Below, one piece after another: positions 9,010-18,054 of a DNA stretch of 64,000 nucleotides; positions within the stretch are counted from its first letter, which is position 1, and each line of letters opens with the position of its first letter. A program made the position numbers and the translations under genes. The stretch spans positions 15,044 to 79,043 of the forward strand of contig JBCBAC010000010.1 of assembly GCA_038532735.1 (NCBI GenBank), in the 5' to 3' direction. A model generated the notes under the pieces. The model saw only the letters and a program-made list of their open reading frames with translations, was not told the origin of the DNA and searched no databases. The stretch comes from Pseudomonadota bacterium. GTDB lineage: Bacteria > Pseudomonadota > Alphaproteobacteria > Rhodobacterales > Rhodobacteraceae.

Positions 9010-10352
9010 ATCCGCTCCAGCTTGGCGCCCAATTGCGCCATCAGCGGCTCGAAAATCGGAAAGGATGTTGCAATGGGGCCGCCGTCATCGACGCGCACCG
9101 GGGCCTGTGCCCCCATCCCGAGGCACATGAAGGACATCGCAATACGGTGATCCAGATGGCTTGCCGCCTTACCACCACCGGGCACATTTTCGGGGCCAAG
9201 CCCATGCACCGTCATGCTGTCCTCCGTCTCGTCCACGGTGATGCCGTTGGTGCGCAGCCCAACGGCCATCGCGTCAATCCGGTCGCTTTCCTTGACGCGG
9301 AGTTCCTTGACACCTTCCATCACCGTCTGACCGCTTGCAAAGGCGGCAACAACCGACAGGATTGGGTATTCATCAATCATGCTAGCCGCGCGCTCCGGCG
9401 GCACGGTAATACCCTTCATCTCAGGCGAATAGCGAGCGCGTAGATCGGCGACAGGTTCACCACCCTCGACCCGCTCGTTCTCATAGACCAGATCAGCGCC
9501 CATCTCGCGCAAGGTCGTGTAAAGTCCCGACCGCGTCGGGTTCAACCCGATCCCCGGCACCAACACATCCGAGCCCTTGGTGATCAGCGCCGCACAGACC
9601 GGAAACGCCGCTGAGCTTGGATCGCGCGGCACTACAATTGTCTGCGCCTGCAATTCAGGCTGGCCGGTCAGGGTGATCACACGTCCCTCACTCGTCTCTT
9701 CGACGCTGATTTCAGCGCCAAAGCCCGCCAACATCCGCTCTGTATGATCGCGGGTCGCCTCTTTCTCAATGACCACCGTTTTGCCGGGTGCATTCAGTCC
9801 TGCGAGCAGCACTGCCGATTTCACCTGTGCCGACGGCATCGGCACCGTGTAACGCACCGGCACAGGTTCTGCTGCGCCGACAATCGTCATGGGCAAGCGA
9901 CCACCTTCGCGCCCGTAAGAGGCCGCACCGAACTCTGCAATCGGGTCCGTGATGCGCCCCATAGGACGCCCGCGCAAAGAGGCATCGCCGGTGAAGGTCG
10001 CCGTGATCGGGGACGTCGCCATCGCGCCCATGATCAACCGCACACCGGTGCCGGAATTGCCACAGTCAATGACCTGATCGGGCTCAGCAAACCCGCCGAC
10101 ACCAACACCTTGCACCGACCAGTTGCCACCGCCATGATCTGTGACCTCCGCCCCGAAGACGCGCATCGCCTTGGCGGTATCCAGCACGTCCTCGCCTTCC
10201 AGCAAGCCGCTGATCTTCGTCTCGCCAACGCAGAGCGCACCTAAGATCAAAGAGCGATGCGAGATCGACTTGTCACCCGGCACCTCGGCGACACCGCTTA
10301 GCGGACCACAAGGGTGCGAAATCATCGGAATTGGCGTGCCGTGGCTGGACAT
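9006..10352 (-). CDS. aroA: 3-phosphoshikimate 1-carboxyvinyltransferase (EPSP synthase)
   Basis: 448 aa. [16 protein letters not shown] and other EPSP-synthase signatures. Confidence 0.95.
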   Translation of the reverse strand: MSSHGTPIPMISHPCGPLSGVAEVPGDKSISHRSLILGALCVGETKISGLLEGEDVLDTAKAMRVFGAEVTDHGGGNWSVQGVGVGGFAEPDQVIDCGNSGTGVRLIMGAMATSPITATFTGDASLRGRPMGRITDPIAEFGAASYGREGGRLPMTIVGAAEPVPVRYTVPMPSAQVKSAVLLAGLNAPGKTVVIEKEATRDHTERMLAGFGAEISVEETSEGRVITLTGQPELQAQTIVVPRDPSSAAFPVCAALITKGSDVLVPGIGLNPTRSGLYTTLREMGADLVYENERVEGGEPVADLRARYSPEMKGITVPPERAASMIDEYPILSVVAAFASGQTVMEGVKELRVKESDRIDAMAVGLRTNGITVDETEDSMTVHGLGPENVPGGGKAASHLDHRIAMSFMCLGMGAQAPVRVDDGGPIATSFPIFEPLMAQLGAKLERI

Positions 10353-10411
10353 GAGGACCCCTCTTTTGCAGTCCTACGCGTCTTAGCGTGCTGCACTCGC
10401 CGCGAAAAGCC

Positions 10412-11137
10412 TCAACTGTCGCGCCGGAAAGTCAGGTAGTGCGGCACACGATCTTCGCGCAGTGCCTTTTGCTCATACCGCGTCGAAATCCAATCATCCC
10501 AAGGATTCCGCCAGTCACGTGGGCGTTCCGCCAACCAAGTGAAGCCCGCTTTCGGCACCTGCTCGAGCGTTTGGCGAACGTAGTCGGGAATGTCAGTGGC
10601 CACGCGAAACTCTGCCCCGGGCTTCAAGACATACGCCAAGGGCTCCAGATGCTCAGGCGTTACAAAGCGACGCCGATGATGGCGTTTCTTCGGCCAAGGG
10701 TCGGGATAAAGAAGAAACGCCCTCGAGACGCTGGCTTCGGGCAAAACATCAAACAGATGGCGTGCATCATTTGGATAGATGCGCAGGTTCTCGATGCCGG
10801 CCTTACGAACTTTGCCCAAAAGCATGGCGACACCGTTGATATACGGCTCCGCCCCGATGATCCCGATACCGGGATTGGAAGCCGCCTGATGCACCAGATG
10901 CTCCCCACCGCCAAAACCGATCTCCAGCCAGATCTCCTTACCACCGAAAATAGCTTTGACATCCAGCGGTGTCCGATCAGGATTTTCATCCCACCCCACA
11001 GGGCCGAGCGAAAACTGTGCCAGATCCTCGTCCAGATAGGCTTGCTGGCTGTCTCTCAGCCCCTTGCCCTTGAAGCGGCCATAGAAATTACGCCAAGGCG
11101 CACCTGAAGGATGTCGTTTGGGAGGCTTTTCTGTCAT
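10412..11137 (-). CDS. trmB: tRNA (guanine46-N7)-methyltransferase
   Basis: ORF 10412..11212 trimmed to ATG 11137 (MTEKPPKRHP...). EIGFGGGEHL SAM motif and LYPDPWPKKRHHRRR motif. Confidence 0.9.
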   Translation of the reverse strand: MTEKPPKRHPSGAPWRNFYGRFKGKGLRDSQQAYLDEDLAQFSLGPVGWDENPDRTPLDVKAIFGGKEIWLEIGFGGGEHLVHQAASNPGIGIIGAEPYINGVAMLLGKVRKAGIENLRIYPNDARHLFDVLPEASVSRAFLLYPDPWPKKRHHRRRFVTPEHLEPLAYVLKPGAEFRVATDIPDYVRQTLEQVPKAGFTWLAERPRDWRNPWDDWISTRYEQKALREDRVPHYLTFRRDS

Positions 11138-11195
11138 GCGCGCGGGTCTAGTGGGACTTCCGGCCCAGCGCAACGCCCGTGAATAGGGTGGGCAT

Positions 11196-11276
11196 GAGGT
11201 ATTTTGAGACAAAAGAAGACAAGGGCGCGCGTTAAGGTTAACGCGCGCCCTTGTCTTTCGCTTTTTTCAAATATCC
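11196..11276. repeat. nested palindromic intergenic element (copy A); likely metK terminator
   Basis: Perfect 18-bp stems GACAAGGGCGCGCGTTAA-GG-TTAACGCGCGCCCTTGTC (11218-11255) are flanked by the inverted arms GAGGTATTTTGAGACAAAAGAAG and CTTTCGCTTTTTTCAAATATCC. T-runs follow the hairpin on both strands. The element lies 3 nt after the metK stop. Confidence 0.7.
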
Positions 11277-11278
11277 AA

Positions 11279-12460
11279 TCAAACGGCTTTCTTAAGCGCA
11301 TCGACCAGATCGGTTTTTTCCCAGCTGAAGCCCCCATCAGCGGCGGGCTCGCGACCAAAGTGGCCATAAGCAGCCGTGCGCGCGTAAATCGGGCGGTTCA
11401 TCTGCAGATGCTCGCGGATGCCGCGCGGTGTCAGATCCATGACTTGTGACACCGCCTTTTCAATTTCTGCATCGGGGACTTCGCCGGTGCCAAACGTATC
11501 CGCATAGATCGACAGCGGCTTGGCCACGCCAATCGCATAGCTGAGCTGGATCGTGCATCTCTCTGCCATCCCGGAGGCCACAACGTTTTTCGCGAGATAG
11601 CGCGCCGCATATGCAGCGGAACGATCAACCTTGGTCGGGTCTTTGCCAGAAAACGCGCCGCCACCATGGGGAGCGGCACCGCCATAAGTGTCCACGATGA
11701 TCTTGCGCCCCGTCAGACCGGCATCGCCATCAGGGCCACCGATCACAAACGTCCCAGTAGGGTTCACCCACCATTCGGTCTCGTCTGTCACCCAACCTTC
11801 GGGGAGCACATCGAGAATATAGGGCTCCACGATCGCGCGGATGTCATCGCTGGTCTGATCTTCGGATTCGTGCTGCGTGGACAAAACGATGGAGGACACG
11901 CCAACCGGCTTGCCATCTTCATACCGCACGGAAAGCTGCGATTTTGCATCCGGACGCAAGGTCGGCTCTGTTCCATCTTTGCGCACTTCGGCCAGACGAC
12001 GCAGAATCGCATGTGCGTATTGAATGGGCGCAGGCATAAGTGCATCGGTTTCCTGCGTCGCATAGCCGAACATGATACCCTGATCACCTGCGCCTTCGTC
12101 CTTGTCTTCGCTTGCATCGACCCCTTGAGCGATATGGGCAGATTGGGCGTGGAGAAGATTGGTCACTTCGCATGTCGCGTGGTGAAATTCATCCTGCTCG
12201 TAACCGATATCCTTGATACAGGCGCGGGCGATGTCTTCAATCCGGCCCAGATAATCGTTGAGCTTGGATTTGTCAGACAACCCAACCTCCCCACCGATAA
12301 CAACGCGGTTCGTGGTGGCGAAGGTTTCGGCGGCCACGCGCGCTTCGGGCTCTTCGGCCAGAAAAGCATCGAGAACGGCGTCGGAAATGCGGTCGCACAC
12401 CTTGTCGGGGTGCCCCTCGGAGACGGATTCCGAGGTGAAAGTGTAATTCTTGCGGGACAT
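11279..12460 (-). CDS. metK: S-adenosylmethionine synthetase
   Basis: ORF 11279..12556 trimmed to ATG 12460 ([27 protein letters not shown]...), the canonical MetK N-terminus, with a GGAG SD 8 nt upstream. Confidence 0.97.
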   Translation of the reverse strand: MSRKNYTFTSESVSEGHPDKVCDRISDAVLDAFLAEEPEARVAAETFATTNRVVIGGEVGLSDKSKLNDYLGRIEDIARACIKDIGYEQDEFHHATCEVTNLLHAQSAHIAQGVDASEDKDEGAGDQGIMFGYATQETDALMPAPIQYAHAILRRLAEVRKDGTEPTLRPDAKSQLSVRYEDGKPVGVSSIVLSTQHESEDQTSDDIRAIVEPYILDVLPEGWVTDETEWWVNPTGTFVIGGPDGDAGLTGRKIIVDTYGGAAPHGGGAFSGKDPTKVDRSAAYAARYLAKNVVASGMAERCTIQLSYAIGVAKPLSIYADTFGTGEVPDAEIEKAVSQVMDLTPRGIREHLQMNRPIYARTAAYGHFGREPAADGGFSWEKTDLVDALKKAV

Positions 12461-12465
12461 GAAAA

Positions 12466-12510
12466 GTGCTCCAGTAAGGTTATCCCGCCACGTCAGGAAG
12501 CCGTTGTGAC
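12466..12510 (-). promoter_or_regulatory. SAM/SAH-class riboswitch in the metK leader
   Basis: The minus-strand RNA GUCACAACGGCUUCCUGACGUGGCGGGAUAACCUUACUGGAGCAC closely matches my recollection of the Rhodobacterales SAM/SAH motif. The UUCC loop can pair with the GGAG SD (pseudoknot). It sits directly upstream of metK. Confidence 0.8.
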
Positions 12511-12530
12511 GGATGTTTGTGACTGCTCGC

Positions 12531-14048
12531 TTACGCCTGTGGCGCAGAGCCGTCAATCGAAGACCGTTTGCGCACCATAACCAAGGTCAAAGCGACGAAA
12601 ACGAGCAACAGCAAGAGCGGCCCATCCTCGGTTTTTGCATAGAATGTGGGCGGAAGTGCGGCAGGAAGTGCAATATCTCGGAAACCAGCCTCTCCTAGTG
12701 GGATCTCTGCCAGAATTTCACCTTGTGCGTCGATCATCGCCGAAACTCCGGTATTGGCAACACGCACCATCGGCAAGCCCTGCTCGACCGAGCGCAAGCG
12801 GGCTTGGGCAAGGTGCTGGTAGGGGCCGGAAAACGTGCCAAACCACGCATCATTAGTGATCAGGAGAAGCCAGTCCGGACGCTCAGCCGTGGCTAGATTG
12901 CGGGGGAAAATACCCTCGTAGCAGATGAGCGGGAGCGCGGTGCCCATTGGCCCGATATCTAGAATTTCAGGACCTGCGCCAGGCGTGTAGCCCCCCGTTG
13001 CTTGCGCCGCAGCACCTAGAAAGCCAATGCCGGAGATAAAGCGCGCCAAAGGAATATATTCGCCGAACGGCACCAGATGGTGCTTATCATAGACCGCGCT
13101 GAGGCCGCCTGATGGTCCGATCACGGCGAGGGAGTTGTAAAAGTCTGCCCCGTCAGAGCGTTGCGCCCCGAGGATTACACCAGCCCCCCCTGCCGCTTCG
13201 CTGATGCGCGCGATGAGACCGCCCGCGCGTTCGAGAGAATAGGGTATCGCGGTTTCAGGCCAGATCACCAAATCAACTTCAGGCGCGGCGCGGGTGAACT
13301 CCACCTGACGATTGTAGAAGATGGGGATGAAGTCCGGATCCCACTTTTGATGCTGTGGGGCATTGGGCTGGATCAGCCGCACAATTGGTCGCTCAGGATC
13401 GCGGGGCAGCGGCTCTGGCAGCAACAGTAGGGGCACGCAGATCAATGCGAGCGCTGGAAGAAGCGCCCAATGCTTGAAGAGCAATGCGGCCAACAGACAA
13501 GCTGCGGTCAGCAGCAGGGCAAATGTCAGGCCCAGAGCGCCCATGAAGGAGGCCAGATGCAGATAGGGCGTATCGATCAAAACGTGGCCGATCAAAGCCC
13601 ACGGGAAACCAGTGAACAAGACACCGCGCAACGCCTCAATTCCGGTCCAGACAACACAGAGCAGCAAGAGCGCGTGCAAAGGGCCTGCGCGCAGCCGAGC
13701 GCTGAGTGCAAACGTGGCGCCCCAGAGCAAGGCGAGACCACCTGCCAAGAGAACCAAAGCGAAAGGCGCCATCCATCCATGGCGCGCGGCGTCGACCAGA
13801 AAAGGCTCCACGATCCAGTGGAGGCTCAGTCCAAACCAACCAAAGCCAACGGCCCAACCAATCAGGAAACCGCGTCGCCATGTCGTGGCCGCCAAGAACA
13901 ACGCCATGGCCGCCATAAAGCCCAAGAGGCTGAAGATCGGCAAATCGAACGGGGCGTGGCCGAGAGCCGCGACAGCCCCTGCGAGGATCGCCATTGCGAT
14001 TACGCGCGGTCGGGACTGCGCCGCGATCCAGCTATTCTGAAAATCCAC
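12531..14048 (-). CDS. lnt: apolipoprotein N-acyltransferase
   Basis: Polytopic N-terminal half plus a C-terminal nitrilase-type domain ([15 protein letters not shown]). The start is set at GTG 14048, 1 nt after the corC stop; the listed ATG 14135 would overlap corC by 86 nt. Confidence 0.88.
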   Translation of the reverse strand: MDFQNSWIAAQSRPRVIAMAILAGAVAALGHAPFDLPIFSLLGFMAAMALFLAATTWRRGFLIGWAVGFGWFGLSLHWIVEPFLVDAARHGWMAPFALVLLAGGLALLWGATFALSARLRAGPLHALLLLCVVWTGIEALRGVLFTGFPWALIGHVLIDTPYLHLASFMGALGLTFALLLTAACLLAALLFKHWALLPALALICVPLLLLPEPLPRDPERPIVRLIQPNAPQHQKWDPDFIPIFYNRQVEFTRAAPEVDLVIWPETAIPYSLERAGGLIARISEAAGGAGVILGAQRSDGADFYNSLAVIGPSGGLSAVYDKHHLVPFGEYIPLARFISGIGFLGAAAQATGGYTPGAGPEILDIGPMGTALPLICYEGIFPRNLATAERPDWLLLITNDAWFGTFSGPYQHLAQARLRSVEQGLPMVRVANTGVSAMIDAQGEILAEIPLGEAGFRDIALPAALPPTFYAKTEDGPLLLLLVFVALTLVMVRKRSSIDGSAPQA

Positions 14049-14049
14049 G

Positions 14050-14904
14050 CTAGCCCAAGCGGACGCGCAGCCGTTTGATCCGGCGCGGATCGGCATCGAC
14101 CACTTCGAACTCAGCTCCGGTTGGGTGTGGCACAACTTCGCCCCGTGCGGGGATGCGCCCGGTCAGAACGAAGACAAGCCCGCCCAGCGTGTCGATCTCG
14201 TCATCATCGAGCCCTTCTGTCAGGGACGTGCCGACCGCCTCTTCAAACTCGTCCAACGGTGTGGTCGCCAAAGCGAGATACGTCTCGGGCTTTTCTTCGA
14301 ACCATTGCTGCTCATCGGCGGTATCGTGTTCGTCCTCAATCTCACCGATGACCTGTTCGATCAGGTCCTCAATGGTAACAAGCCCGTCGACCCCGCCATA
14401 TTCATCGATCACCAAAGCCATGTGGGTCCTGTCGCTTTGCATCTTTTGCAGCAAAACGCCGATGGGCATGGAGGGTGGCACATAAAGCACATCGCGCATC
14501 GCGTCACTCAGCTTGAACCCCTTGTTGCCGTTGAAGCCAAACTTCAGCGCGAAATCTTTAAGGTGAACCATGCCCATGGGGCTGTCGAGCGTGCCTTCAT
14601 AAACAGGCAACCTGGTCAGACCGCTATCGCGGAAGACCTGAACCAGATCAGCTTTCGTGATGTCATTGGGAACGGAGGTGATCTCCACCTTGGGGATCAT
14701 CACATCCTCGACCTGCAATTTGCGCAGATTGCCCATGCCATGGCCAGTGGGCACATGACGCGCAGGGGCTTCGATCACAGGAGGCTCGTCTTCGCCGGGG
14801 CTGAGAGAGGAGATGATCCGCCCGAAGAAGCCGGGCGTTTTATCGGTATCGGGGTCTTGCGCGCTTTGCGCTGCGCTAGAGCTGCCCTCGGACGTGTCGG
14901 CCAT
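14050..14904 (-). CDS. HlyC/CorC-family protein (CBS pair plus CorC_HlyC domain)
   Basis: 284 aa. CBS-pair region (VEDVMIPKVEI ... MALVIDEYGGVDGLVTIEDLIEQVIGEIEDEHD) and a transporter-associated C-domain. Occupies the conserved ybeX position after ybeY. Confidence 0.9.
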   Translation of the reverse strand: MADTSEGSSSAAQSAQDPDTDKTPGFFGRIISSLSPGEDEPPVIEAPARHVPTGHGMGNLRKLQVEDVMIPKVEITSVPNDITKADLVQVFRDSGLTRLPVYEGTLDSPMGMVHLKDFALKFGFNGNKGFKLSDAMRDVLYVPPSMPIGVLLQKMQSDRTHMALVIDEYGGVDGLVTIEDLIEQVIGEIEDEHDTADEQQWFEEKPETYLALATTPLDEFEEAVGTSLTEGLDDDEIDTLGGLVFVLTGRIPARGEVVPHPTGAEFEVVDADPRRIKRLRVRLG

Positions 14905-14947
14905 TGTTCCTTTTCCAAAATAGGGCGGCGGGCGTAAGGCCTACCTG

Positions 14948-15451
14948 CTAACAATATGGGTCCGGATGACCCATCGACGCAAGAATTTCCACCTCTAACC
15001 CTTCCATAAGAGCCGCGTCAGCGTCGGATATGTGATCGTAACCCAACAAATGCAATGTGGCATGTACAACCAGATGCGTCACATGCGCCGATATTGGCTT
15101 GTCCGCCGAATGAGCTTCCGCAAGGCACGTGTCGTAGGCAATGGCGATATCGCCCAGCTCTTCCGGTGGCATCGGGCCAATATAAGGCGGTGCAGGATGC
15201 GCGCCTTCCGTTTCGGCAGCACGTTCTTGCGAGGGCCAGCTGAGCACATTCGTGGCCTTTGGCTTTTCGCGAAAATCCTCATTCAGCGACATGATGCGGG
15301 CATCATCACATCCGATCAGGCTGATCGCAAAATCATCGGGCTGCAGCCCAAGATGCACCAGCGTGTTGCGCGCAGCCACTTCGGCCAAAGTCGCAAGGCC
15401 GACCTCTTTCCAGCGCGCATCCTCGATGAGCGTTTCGACAAGCTCCGCCAC
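14948..15451 (-). CDS. ybeY: rRNA maturation endoribonuclease YbeY
   Basis: 167 aa with the zinc motif HLVVHATLHLLGYDH. Confidence 0.95.
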   Translation of the reverse strand: MAELVETLIEDARWKEVGLATLAEVAARNTLVHLGLQPDDFAISLIGCDDARIMSLNEDFREKPKATNVLSWPSQERAAETEGAHPAPPYIGPMPPEELGDIAIAYDTCLAEAHSADKPISAHVTHLVVHATLHLLGYDHISDADAALMEGLEVEILASMGHPDPYC

Positions 15452-15457
15452 AGGCGA

Positions 15458-16471
15458 TCAGCCCTCGGCTTTCTCGTAGGCGTCGATGATTGCAGCGACC
15501 AGCGGATGGCGCACCACGTCTTTGGACGTGAAATAGTTGAACGAAATCTTGGGGATATGCTTGAGCAAGTTCTCTGCGTCTTTCAAACCCGACTGAACAC
15601 CGCGCGGCAGGTCAATTTGAGACCTATCCCCTGTAATCACCATGCGGGAGCCTTCACCCAAACGGGTCAAAAACATCTTCATCTGCATCGAGGTCGCGTT
15701 CTGCGCCTCGTCCAACACGACAAATGCATTCGATAAGGTCCGTCCGCGCATGAAGGCGAGCGGCGCGATCTCAATGCGCTTTTCTTCGATCAGCTTGGCG
15801 GTTTGTTTGCCCGGCAGGAAATCGTTCAGCGCGTCATAGAGCGGCTGCATATACGGATCGACCTTGTCCTTCATGTCACCGGGCAGAAAGCCAAGACGCT
15901 CACCCGCTTCAACGGCAGGACGGCTCAGAATGATCCGGTCCACATGCCCGCCGATGAACATCGACACCCCGACCGCAACGGCCAGATAAGTCTTACCTGT
16001 CCCAGCAGGACCGATCCCGAAGGCCAACTCATTCTCGAAAAGCGCTTTGACGTAGGCTTTCTGCGCATCTGTGCGCGGCTCGACGGTTTTCTTGCGCGTC
16101 TTAATCTCGACCTTGCCGCCTTGAAACAGCTCCATCTGATCGCCACCGCGCGTACCGGTTCCAGCTTCGGACCCGCTCATGCGGATGGCCGCATCAATAT
16201 CGCCCGTCTCCAAGGTTTTGCCGGTTTCAAGCCTCTGATACAGCTCTTGCAGCAGGTCAAAGGCCTTCAGGCGTGCCCCGCTTTCACCCCCCATCACGGC
16301 AAGCTGGTTGCCGCGGCGGATGATCTGAACTGACAAAGCATTCTCTATATGCGCGAGGTTCTTGTCGTACTCGCCGCACAGATCAATCAGCAATCTGTTG
16401 TCGGGAAACTCCAGCAGCAATTCTTGAGTGTCTGCTTGATCGGGCGGTGGGGTCAGCGCGCTAAGGGCCAA
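15458..16471 (-). CDS. phoH: PhoH-like ATPase (YbeZ)
   Basis: 337 aa, Walker A GPAGTGKTYLAV. TTG start as listed. Confidence 0.93.
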   Translation of the reverse strand: MALSALTPPPDQADTQELLLEFPDNRLLIDLCGEYDKNLAHIENALSVQIIRRGNQLAVMGGESGARLKAFDLLQELYQRLETGKTLETGDIDAAIRMSGSEAGTGTRGGDQMELFQGGKVEIKTRKKTVEPRTDAQKAYVKALFENELAFGIGPAGTGKTYLAVAVGVSMFIGGHVDRIILSRPAVEAGERLGFLPGDMKDKVDPYMQPLYDALNDFLPGKQTAKLIEEKRIEIAPLAFMRGRTLSNAFVVLDEAQNATSMQMKMFLTRLGEGSRMVITGDRSQIDLPRGVQSGLKDAENLLKHIPKISFNYFTSKDVVRHPLVAAIIDAYEKAEG

Positions 16472-16561
16472 TCATATCTCCGGTTTGAAGGTGCCTGTGT
16501 CGTGAGGGTGCCAAGGGCGCGCGGGACACGCAAGCTCTGACAGCCAGATATCATATAAATA

Positions 16562-16604
16562 TAACGAAAAAGGCCGCGGGCGAGTTGCCAACGGCCTTTC
16601 TTTT
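16562..16604 (-). terminator. rho-independent terminator after the lipoprotein gene
   Basis: Stem AAAGGCCG (16569-16576) pairs with CGGCCTTT (16592-16599). On the minus strand it is followed by TTTTTCGTTAT. T-runs flank the hairpin on both strands. Confidence 0.6.
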
Positions 16605-16621
16605 GATCGCTGCGCCGCACC

Positions 16622-16948
16622 TTAGATGGTGTCGGGGATGCTGGAGCCTGATTTGAACGGCCCGGTCGCCACGCCTGGAGGGGCTGAGCCAGAGCAGACA
16701 GGCTTACCGTATTTGTCCAGACGCGCTGACAGATAGCCTTCAACGCCGTCGTCGATGATCCAGTGGTCACAGCCGTTGGGGTCAATCCAGACACCGGCCT
16801 TGAGCTGGCTCAGATCCTTGGTGTCGCGTCCGGCATCGACGGTCTTGTCATTGGTGTTGCGCGGGCCTTCCATCAGCCAACGCTCATTGGCACAGCCCGA
16901 AACGGCCACGCCCAGCGCAAGAACCAGAGTTGCTTTGAGAAGTTTCAT
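16622..16948 (-). CDS. lipoprotein with the WxDPxGCxHWxxDDGxEGY domain
   Basis: 108 aa. Signal peptide with lipobox VSG-C. Carries VWIDPNGCDHWIIDDGVEGYLSARLDKYGKPVC, paralogous to a segment of the adjacent OmpA-family protein. Confidence 0.7.
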   Translation of the reverse strand: MKLLKATLVLALGVAVSGCANERWLMEGPRNTNDKTVDAGRDTKDLSQLKAGVWIDPNGCDHWIIDDGVEGYLSARLDKYGKPVCSGSAPPGVATGPFKSGSSIPDTI

Positions 16949-16960
16949 ATATCTGGCTCC

Positions 16961-17608
16961 TTAGCGAATGCAGATGATTTCGACGCGGCGGTTCTTGGCC
17001 ATGCCACCCGCAGACCGGTTGGACGCACGCGGCATCCGCTCGCCATAGCCACGCACATCAGCGATGCGTGCACCGACACTTTGCCCAACACGGGCAACAG
17101 AATTTGCGCGGTTCAGCGAAAGGCGCAGGTTGTAAGCGTCAGAGGCGCGGCTGTCGGTGTGACCCGAAATCACAAAAGCGGTCGCGGAGGCTGAGCGGAA
17201 AAACTCTTCCAAACGCTGCTTACCATGGCGCGTGATATGATAGCTGTCCGTGGCGAAAAACTGGTCAGAGTTCATCACTCCGCAAACATTGCCGCGGCGG
17301 CAGACCGGGATGCCCTGGCGGTTCACATGAGGGGTCATGTAGCCTTCGGCGCCATCATCCATCACCCAATGCTCACATCCATCGGGGTCCACCCAGATGG
17401 TCGGCACATAGCGCTCGCCGATCACGGTGCGGGTGCGCGTGCTTGTGGAAGGATTACCAGCGCGTGGCGTGTTGCTGACATAGCCACCATAGCCATGTCC
17501 ATCTGCTGCCACCGGTGCGGGTGTGGAGACCAACCCGACAATTGACAACGCAATTGCGCTGAGTGCCCCTGCTGCGGCTTTCGCGATTTGTTTTCTCACA
17601 GCCCTCAT
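16961..17608 (-). CDS. OmpA-family (peptidoglycan-binding) protein with an N-terminal WxDPxGCxHW domain
   Basis: ORF 16961..17656 trimmed to ATG 17608 (MRAVRKQIAKAAAGALSAIALSIVG, a signal peptide). C-terminal OmpA_C motifs GHTDSRASDAYNLRLSLNRANSV and NRRVEI. Confidence 0.8.
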   Translation of the reverse strand: MRAVRKQIAKAAAGALSAIALSIVGLVSTPAPVAADGHGYGGYVSNTPRAGNPSTSTRTRTVIGERYVPTIWVDPDGCEHWVMDDGAEGYMTPHVNRQGIPVCRRGNVCGVMNSDQFFATDSYHITRHGKQRLEEFFRSASATAFVISGHTDSRASDAYNLRLSLNRANSVARVGQSVGARIADVRGYGERMPRASNRSAGGMAKNRRVEIICIR

Positions 17609-18054
17609 CCTCTGCTGTTGTCCCAAACGTGCGAGGAAATCTGCAACGTCATACACTCACACCATTTCGTTGACCCTAGCAAATTTAGCGTAATTGTGAA
17701 GACGAATTTACCAGATATTGTGTCCAAAATAGAAACAATGCAGGCCTTGATGGTGCATTTTTCATCGCAACCTACCGTTAGGGTAGGCATTCTCAGAAAA
17801 GACAGTCAGTCTTGCTGTCATTTATGAGCAGAGCTGCGCCACGATTTTGCCAAGGCCTTAATCCAGAAATGGAATGGGGCACCGCCAAAGAGGCCTTAAT
17901 GCGCAGCCGCTGAACGAGCAGGCCAGCACTTGACCGGCCAGACTTGCAAAACATCTCATCGCATAGGCGTAGACACGAATGGCTGAGTACCCTGGTCATG
18001 ATGCTTGCGACTATGTCCGTCCAGAAGACGGATGGTGCAGGAAGGACCCACGAC

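Noticed and set aside
12461-12530. A SAM-II type riboswitch upstream of metK.
   Set aside because: The leader lacks the AAAGCU-containing 3-prime strand expected for SAM-II/SAM-V and instead matches the SAM/SAH motif, so it is reported as that class.
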